This document shows, piece by piece, positions 57,707 to 64,000 of a stretch of DNA of 64,000 nucleotides (within the stretch, counting starts at the first letter, position 1; the number at the start of each line of letters is the position of its first letter). The position numbers and the translations under genes were made by a program. Location: assembly GCA_963693055.1 (NCBI GenBank), contig OY843751.1, forward strand, positions 2,048,001 to 2,112,000, in the 5' to 3' direction. The notes beneath the pieces are model-generated. The model was not told where the DNA came from. It saw only the letters and a program-made list of their open reading frames with translations, and did not search any database. This stretch comes from a bacterium (GTDB taxonomy: Bacteria > Zhuqueibacterota > Zhuqueibacteria > Residuimicrobiales > Krinioviventaceae).

Positions 57707-59281
57707 ATGAAACGTTTTTATAAATATAAATTTTTTTTCCCCCTTTTATTTGCATCGCTTGTTTTGGTTTTTACCAGTTGTGAGAAAGACAATCCAACTC
57801 AACCGAAATTGTTAGAAATCATCGGATTGGTAATTACCCAGGGTGATTCAACCGTAGTAAATTATAGCGGTGATGAAACCGTAAACGGCGAGATTGAAGC
57901 AGCAGAAGGACAACTCTCGGCAGAATTTACCATTCAATTTATTGATGGTGACCAGGCAGTTTTTTCTCCTTCAACAGATAGTTATCAGTTGAAAGTCGAT
58001 GTCCTGGATGAAACCGTTTGCGGATTTTATCAACACGATGATGAGACTGGTGGATTTGAATTTCATCTGGATGCACGAGACAAAGAGCACGGGCACACAA
58101 CCATAGTATTTAATCTGCTCAAGGGTGAAAATACTGTTTTTACATCCAAAGCCATTCCGGTCCATGTTGAGGGCGAAGAAGAGACCGTGTCAGCCTGGAT
58201 ATGGGCTTACGACGGTACTGCAAGTGCTTTGCGCGCGTATAATGCTGCCACCGGTGAAATGAAAGCTGAATTTACATCAAGTGCCCATCCCATGATGCAC
58301 ATAATTAATGCAGGTCCTGCCGAGGAACCCACAATTTGGATGGCTAATGCAGGTACTGCATATGCCTTTACCTCCGGATTTCACAGTCATGGTGATCATG
58401 GCCATATGGAAACGCCGGAAATTTATCAAACCGTGTCTACCGGGCAAAGCCCTGTGCATATCGGTGTTTCACCGGATGGTATGACCGTTGCCTTTTCCAA
58501 TGACGGCGACCAAACCGTATCAGTGATTGATGTTTCTACTGGTGCTGTTCAAACCATTTCCGGCGGTTCCGGGCATTCTGCCGCGTTACTTACCGGCGAG
58601 TATCTTGTTACAACATCGGCAACTTCTACTGATGAAAAATGGGCAAAGATTATTGACATTGCTTCCAACTCGGTCATTGCTGAAATTGAAACGGCAACAG
58701 GTACTCATGGTGATGCTTATTATGCCGATGGAAATACTGCTTTTCTGGCGTGTGGTGATGGTATTTATGTTGTTGATGTAACTGCCAAATCGCTAAAAAA
58801 GAGTATCCCTTATACGGAAGCCGGCCGTACAAATTTTCTGTATCACGGCGAGAACGCTTCAATAGCAGTGGGATTGCACAAAACAGATGCCGGAGTTAGT
58901 GATAAAATATTATTGTTGGATATGTCTGCAGAAACTTTGGATTACTTGACAATTTCCGGAGCTACGCTGGACTGGAAAATTAAAGACGGTTATTTTGCAC
59001 TCTCCAATGATGGTCAGGTAGCTGTGTTGGCAGATTTGACGTTACCGCAGGTTTATCATATAAACCTGCAAACCAAAACGGTTAATACCTTAACAGCTCC
59101 CGCGGCTTCGGCGGCTGTTGCCACGAACCATGATGGATCACAGGTGTGGGTACAAGACAAAACCAACCATAAAGTTTCTCGTATTGATGTTGAGCATAAC
59201 CAGCTAACGGATGAATTCAGTGTTACATCCGGTACGGAATGGATATTTGTAACTTCATTTGACGGTGAAGTGATAGAATAG
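57707..59281 (+). CDS. AztD-like beta-propeller lipoprotein with extra N-terminal domain, putative zinc/metal chaperone
   Basis: Lipobox FTSC, FHSHGDHGH, PVH, GH and HGD motifs; YVTN-like blades (VSPDG...SVID). Confidence 0.7.
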   Translation: MKRFYKYKFFFPLLFASLVLVFTSCEKDNPTQPKLLEIIGLVITQGDSTVVNYSGDETVNGEIEAAEGQLSAEFTIQFIDGDQAVFSPSTDSYQLKVDVLDETVCGFYQHDDETGGFEFHLDARDKEHGHTTIVFNLLKGENTVFTSKAIPVHVEGEEETVSAWIWAYDGTASALRAYNAATGEMKAEFTSSAHPMMHIINAGPAEEPTIWMANAGTAYAFTSGFHSHGDHGHMETPEIYQTVSTGQSPVHIGVSPDGMTVAFSNDGDQTVSVIDVSTGAVQTISGGSGHSAALLTGEYLVTTSATSTDEKWAKIIDIASNSVIAEIETATGTHGDAYYADGNTAFLACGDGIYVVDVTAKSLKKSIPYTEAGRTNFLYHGENASIAVGLHKTDAGVSDKILLLDMSAETLDYLTISGATLDWKIKDGYFALSNDGQVAVLADLTLPQVYHINLQTKTVNTLTAPAASAAVATNHDGSQVWVQDKTNHKVSRIDVEHNQLTDEFSVTSGTEWIFVTSFDGEVIE

Positions 59282-59293
59282 TTAATAATATAT

Positions 59294-59324
59294 CGCCGGC
59301 TCGAGCTGCATTCCAGAGTCGGCG
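59294..59324 (+). other. Intergenic hairpin between the paralogous lipoprotein genes
   Basis: CGCCGGCTC...GAGTCGGCG followed by a T-rich stretch. Confidence 0.55.
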
Positions 59325-59343
59325 CTTTATCTTTTTAGGATAT

Positions 59344-60606
59344 ATGATTATGAGAAAATTGAAATTGTATTATTTACCTGTGTTGATTGTTTTGATAGGG
59401 CTTTTAAGTCAATGTGCTGTTGATCCTGAAGATGATATATTGGCCCCTGAAAATGAAGAACCAACAACAAAACACACTATAGCAGGCTGGGTATGGGCAT
59501 ATAATTCTGACGATGCAGTATGTAATGTTTACCATACAGAAGACATGCAAATGTGGGCTTCTTTTTCCGCTGAAATGCATCCGATGATCCGCGTTTTTGA
59601 AGCCGGCCTTATAAATTCAAATTTGAACTACTCCCAATGGATGGCAAAGGGAAACCAAATTTATGCCTTTACGGATGGCATTCTGGACCATGGTGATCAT
59701 GGACATATTGTTCTCCCTTTAGAACATAAAACAATTACATTGCATGAAAATGCCAACCTTGTACACAATAGTTGTTCCTCTAATGGACAGATGGTCGCAT
59801 TTGCGGATGATTCGCAGCAAAGTCTACATCTTATCAATGTCCAGGATGGAAAGGTAACGACAATTGAGCAAGGCTCAGCGCATTCTTCGGTAATACTCGC
59901 CGGTGATTACGTAATTACAACTGCAGCAACATCGACTGGTGAGAAATGGGCCAAGCTTGTATATATATCAACCGGAGAAGTGGAAAAAACGCTTGAAATT
60001 GGTGCCGGGGCACACGGTGATGTTTACTATGATCAAAACAATACAGCATTTATTGCCTGCGATGATGGTATTTATGTTGTTAATGTTGATGAAAAAAAAG
60101 TAGAAAAGAGAATTCCTTACGGAGAAGAAGGTAGAACCAATTTTCTGTATCATGCACCAGGAGAAGCTTATGCGGTTGGGCTGCATAAAACGGATTCCGG
60201 CACCAGCGATAAATTTATTTTGCTGGATATGGCAAGTGAAACGTTAGAGTATATTACAATACCCAATGCGCAATTGGATTGGAATATATCATTGGGTCTT
60301 TTTGCTTTGGCCCGGGAAGGGCGTGTAGCTGTTTTTTCAGATAAATCAAAAGCTAAAATATATCATGTAACCCTGGAAACCCGTGAGATCATCACTCTTG
60401 ATTCACCGAATGCAGCTTCTCCTGTAACTGTCAGCTATGATGGGACTCATGTCTGGGTACTTTCTGATCAAACAATAAGCCGGATTTATGTCCCAGCGAA
60501 CAAGGTCGAAGATACCTTTGCAGTACCCGCGGGTACAGATTGGATTCGGGTGACAACATATAAGACAGGTGCAGAACTATACGATAATGAAAAACACGAG
60601 TTTTGA
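59344..60606 (+). CDS. AztD-like beta-propeller lipoprotein, paralog of 57707-59281
   Basis: Lipobox LSQC, ILDHGDHGH; shares TxAxTSTxEKWAK, HGDxYY, ACxDGIYVV, GRTNFLYH and VGLHKTD with the upstream gene. Confidence 0.7.
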   Translation: MIMRKLKLYYLPVLIVLIGLLSQCAVDPEDDILAPENEEPTTKHTIAGWVWAYNSDDAVCNVYHTEDMQMWASFSAEMHPMIRVFEAGLINSNLNYSQWMAKGNQIYAFTDGILDHGDHGHIVLPLEHKTITLHENANLVHNSCSSNGQMVAFADDSQQSLHLINVQDGKVTTIEQGSAHSSVILAGDYVITTAATSTGEKWAKLVYISTGEVEKTLEIGAGAHGDVYYDQNNTAFIACDDGIYVVNVDEKKVEKRIPYGEEGRTNFLYHAPGEAYAVGLHKTDSGTSDKFILLDMASETLEYITIPNAQLDWNISLGLFALAREGRVAVFSDKSKAKIYHVTLETREIITLDSPNAASPVTVSYDGTHVWVLSDQTISRIYVPANKVEDTFAVPAGTDWIRVTTYKTGAELYDNEKHEF

Positions 60607-60636
60607 TAGCGTCATATTTTTAGATGGGACAATCAA

Positions 60637-63027
60637 ATGATAAAATATATTCTTACACTATTATTTTTTCCCCTGCTGTTGTTGGGGAATTCCCTGCCTG
60701 CGGTAGATTATTTCCAATTATCTGGCAGGGTAACAGACGCGGAAGGAGAAATCCTAAAGGGCGCTCAAATTATATTGCCTGCATTAAATTCGGGTACTAC
60801 ATCCGACGAGGCGGGAGAGTATAAATTGAATCATATCCCGGCAGGACGTTACCAGTTTATTTGCAGCTTTATGGGATATGCAACTGAAAAATATGAGCTA
60901 GAGCTGTTTAAAGATACGCGTTTGAATATCCAGATGAAAAAAACAATTCTTACAATGCCTGCAATCAATGTTACGGCATCGGCGGCCCCAACGGACGTAT
61001 TGACCTCAAATCGTACTGTTTCGGTTTTGGAGAAAGAGGATTTGGACACTCAATATGCTAATTCACTTAGCGGGGTACTTCAATCTGTTCCCGGTGTTCA
61101 GCTAACGGAACAAGGCCCGCTCATTTCCAAACCCATGATTCGGGGCATGACCAATCAACGGATCATTATTTTAAAAGATGGTATAAAACATGAGGCACAG
61201 CAATGGTCGAACCATCATACTCCGGAAACCGATCTGTTTGAAGCGCAAAAAATAGAAATATTACGCGGCCCTGCCAGTTTATTGTATGGAAGTGGGGCCA
61301 TTGGCGGTGTGGTCCACATTATCACACAATCACCAAAAAATCGGCAGGAGGGTGCTCCCGCTTTTGGGATGAATCTGACAACGCAAATGTTTACCAATAC
61401 CGAGCAAACTGCAGGCGCTCTCTCTGTTTTTGGTGCAAAGCAGCACATTGGCTGGCGCTTGAATTTGAGTGGACGAAAAAGTGAGTATTATGCGGTACCC
61501 GGACAGCGTCATTTTCTTGTCAAACAATTGGATACCGGTTTTGAGCAATGGAATTCCCATGCGGCAGTTGTTTTTAACCGTCAAAATCTGGAATTAAAAC
61601 TCGAGGCAAACCATTATTGGGAAGAACAAACCCTGATAGGAGAAGGGCATTGGCATAACAGCGGCGGACCTGATGGCGGTCCCTGGTACCATGCCGCGGG
61701 TGCTATTAAATCACCTACCTTGCACCAAAAGGTACAGCTTGTTGGTAATTACCGTATAGGACTCCATCGCATTGAATTTGATCTTGGCCGACAACGAGAC
61801 CATCGTCAGGGAATCCCAAGCGGGATGGATCCGCAGGTTGATCTCGAAAATTTTTACACCGAATCTAATGTAAAATTTCATCATATTTTTAATGTATATT
61901 TCCCCGGAACTGTTGGGTTCACCCTCGGTGAGAAAAAAGATAAAACCTATGGAGAAGAAGTACTGATCCCCAATTCAACCACTCATGATTTTGGACTCTA
62001 TTTTCTACAAAATTACCAGGGAATTAAGAGCCTGAAATTTTCAGCAGGGCTGCGGTATGACTGGAGAAAACTTGATTTCACGGAAACGGTGATGCAGCAT
62101 GCCTATCTTGATGATGATAATCAAATTGTGCCGGCAAACATTGTCCCTCAAGGCGAAAAAACATATTATGGCGTTGCCAGCGGCAGTTTGGGTATTGTAT
62201 GGCACCAGCCGCACAACCCGTTTTCCATTGCTGCCAATTTGGGCTCGGGTTGGCGGGCCCCCTTGCCGGTGGAATTGTACATTCGGGGAGTCCATCACGC
62301 CAGTTACGAGTATATGATTGGAGACCCGGAACTGAAACCGGAACAGTCCATCAATCATGACTTAATATTCAGATGGGTGAATGATAATGTGGCATACGAA
62401 TTCAATATGTTTTATAACCGGATTTATGACTATATATTTGCAAATCCTACAGGTGAATTTCATTACCTGGGTTTCAAGCAAAATATACCAATATACCGTT
62501 ATGAACAAAGTGATGCCCATTTATATGGATTTGAGTGGTATAATCAATTTAAATTAACCGAGCGAGCTCGAATTGATTTTGGTTATGATTTGGTTAGAGG
62601 AGAAATTCTCTCACCCATGATAGACGCGGATAATGATGGTGATGTGGAAAAAAATCTGCCGCACATTGCCCCGGACCGTTTTCATGGAGGCATTACGCTG
62701 CACTTGCCCGATTTTTTGCTGCGTAATCTTAAATGGCGGGTAGAAGCCGAGCACTATATGATACAAGATAAACTCGGTGAATTTGAAAATGTGCTCAACA
62801 GGGACGCTGACGGAGATGGATTTAATGATGAGTTGATTTCCAAAGGCTACAGCCTTTTGCATACGTCACTCAGCGGCGATTTACGGTTTTCAGCTATAAA
62901 AACAACCGTTCTGGCCAGTGTGCGGAACCTGACGAATGAAAAATATTACAGTCACCTCAGCAATTATAAAAGTATTGCATATAATCCCGGGTTTGATTTC
63001 TCATTAAAGCTGGTATTCAGCTTCTAA
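60637..63027 (+). CDS. TonB-dependent receptor, His-rich, probable metal (Zn/Ni/Co) uptake
   Basis: SKPMIRG...QQWSNHH plug, EILRGPASLLYGSGAIGGVV, GVHH, YYSHLS, terminal F. Confidence 0.88.
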   Translation: MIKYILTLLFFPLLLLGNSLPAVDYFQLSGRVTDAEGEILKGAQIILPALNSGTTSDEAGEYKLNHIPAGRYQFICSFMGYATEKYELELFKDTRLNIQMKKTILTMPAINVTASAAPTDVLTSNRTVSVLEKEDLDTQYANSLSGVLQSVPGVQLTEQGPLISKPMIRGMTNQRIIILKDGIKHEAQQWSNHHTPETDLFEAQKIEILRGPASLLYGSGAIGGVVHIITQSPKNRQEGAPAFGMNLTTQMFTNTEQTAGALSVFGAKQHIGWRLNLSGRKSEYYAVPGQRHFLVKQLDTGFEQWNSHAAVVFNRQNLELKLEANHYWEEQTLIGEGHWHNSGGPDGGPWYHAAGAIKSPTLHQKVQLVGNYRIGLHRIEFDLGRQRDHRQGIPSGMDPQVDLENFYTESNVKFHHIFNVYFPGTVGFTLGEKKDKTYGEEVLIPNSTTHDFGLYFLQNYQGIKSLKFSAGLRYDWRKLDFTETVMQHAYLDDDNQIVPANIVPQGEKTYYGVASGSLGIVWHQPHNPFSIAANLGSGWRAPLPVELYIRGVHHASYEYMIGDPELKPEQSINHDLIFRWVNDNVAYEFNMFYNRIYDYIFANPTGEFHYLGFKQNIPIYRYEQSDAHLYGFEWYNQFKLTERARIDFGYDLVRGEILSPMIDADNDGDVEKNLPHIAPDRFHGGITLHLPDFLLRNLKWRVEAEHYMIQDKLGEFENVLNRDADGDGFNDELISKGYSLLHTSLSGDLRFSAIKTTVLASVRNLTNEKYYSHLSNYKSIAYNPGFDFSLKLVFSF

Positions 63028-63032
63028 AAAGA

Positions 63033-63062
63033 AACCCATCCGCCTCTATCGGCGGATGGGTT
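63033..63062. terminator. Terminator hairpin between convergent genes
   Basis: AACCCATCCGCC-TCTATC-GGCGGATGGGTT, 12-bp perfect stem. Confidence 0.88.
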
Positions 63063-63111
63063 ATTAAGGTTTTAATATACACCGGTATATCTCAGATTTG
63101 AGTATTGTTTT

Positions 63112-64000
63112 CTATTGCACTTCCGCCCATTCCCACAGCATTTCAATGGCTTTGCCTAAAACACCTGCGGAACCACGGAATGTACCGGCACCTTTGGGGC
63201 CGTTGTCTTTGGTGTACCATTCGTAAAAGCCGTTATTGTCCAGAACCCGTTTGATCATGGGGCGAATTTCCCGATATGCTTCTTCCGCGTAGCCGTTTTC
63301 CACCAGCGTTTGTATCATGCGGCCGCCAAACCAGGTCCAGTCGCCGCCGTTCTGGTAAGAATACTCATTTTTCATTGCCTTGTTTTCAAAGAACCCGGCA
63401 GGATAGGGCGGGTACAGGGTCAAGCCGATACTGGGCGCACCGGATTCGTTAACATTCTCTACCATTTTGTTGAGCGAGACCAGGATTTCTTCATGCGTAA
63501 GAATACCTGCTTCAATGGCAACGGCTGTTCCGCCATGGTAATAGATGGCGTTTTCATCAAAATCCGCCGGAAAGGGAGAGCCGTTCAGATAGATATGGGG
63601 TATGAATTTCTGTGCTTTTCCATCCCACAGGTATTTGCGTGTATTGGCTTTAGTTTGATCGTAAATTTTCTGCCACTGTTGTTTTTTTGCCTGACCGTCA
63701 ACCATATCAATGAAATTCTGTACCGCGATTAAAAACATGGCATTGTCGTATACATCTATTGCCTTGTGGCTGGTTTCGTCCAAAACAACACCCCAATCGT
63801 GCTCGGGCTGCACATCGCCCCAATCGGCGGTGGTTGCGCCCCAGATGAGTCCGTATTTTTCATCATAGCGTTCGGTTAGTAAAAAATCCAGCGCCATTTC
63901 AAGACGATCAATAACATTTTTACCGGCAATTATTTCATTTAAAATACCGGAATCGCCGGTTGCGCGGATATATTTGTGAATACACTGCACCAGCGACGCT
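63112..64000 (-). CDS. (alpha/alpha)6 glycoside hydrolase (glycogen-debranching/amylo-alpha-1,6-glucosidase-like), 5' end outside the window
   Basis: TADWGD, YQNGGDWTWFGG, GFYEWY; the frame stays open to the window edge. Confidence 0.75.
   Translation of the reverse strand, partial: ASLVQCIHKYIRATGDSGILNEIIAGKNVIDRLEMALDFLLTERYDEKYGLIWGATTADWGDVQPEHDWGVVLDETSHKAIDVYDNAMFLIAVQNFIDMVDGQAKKQQWQKIYDQTKANTRKYLWDGKAQKFIPHIYLNGSPFPADFDENAIYYHGGTAVAIEAGILTHEEILVSLNKMVENVNESGAPSIGLTLYPPYPAGFFENKAMKNEYSYQNGGDWTWFGGRMIQTLVENGYAEEAYREIRPMIKRVLDNNGFYEWYTKDNGPKGAGTFRGSAGVLGKAIEMLWEWAEVQ

Overview
AT-rich (roughly 35-40% GC by eye) bacterial chromosomal window. Proteins ending in a YPNPFNP...FlgD/T9SS-type C-terminal domain, Fib_succ_major domains, TonB receptors and Cys-type CcmE suggest an FCB-related lineage such as KSB1 or Calditrichota; this is an inference. 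Content from left to right: (1) a partial PpiC-type foldase, an orphan ArsR with a repeated operator, a VOC protein and hypothetical membrane proteins; (2) a PK_C-like/ylxR/L7Ae/nth block with queT wedged on the opposite strand; (3) two soluble histidine kinases, a sigma54 activator and a lone receiver, followed by a sigma54-driven locus with two surface proteins, Wza/Wzc/ExeA/Wzy/Wzx, glycosyltransferases and methyltransferases but no exosortase; (4) ccmE, a metallophosphoesterase, an SDR, a TonB receptor, thrH and an FN3-CTD plus FGE/Fib_succ_major pair; (5) the hutU-ftcD-hutI-hutH operon; (6) a phosphoesterase/glycoside hydrolase array (GH16, GH3, GH32, GH92); (7) a putative metal-uptake operon; (8) a partial (alpha/alpha)6 glycosidase. 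The best candidate for an undescribed system is the metal-uptake operon. It consists of a His-rich DUF2946-like leader ending in RAPP, a structured intergenic RNA able to pair with the RAPP codons, two AztD-like HGDH beta-propeller lipoproteins and a His-rich TonB receptor. No rRNA, tRNA, CRISPR array or transposase was recognised. All family assignments are by motif recognition only; no database search was run.
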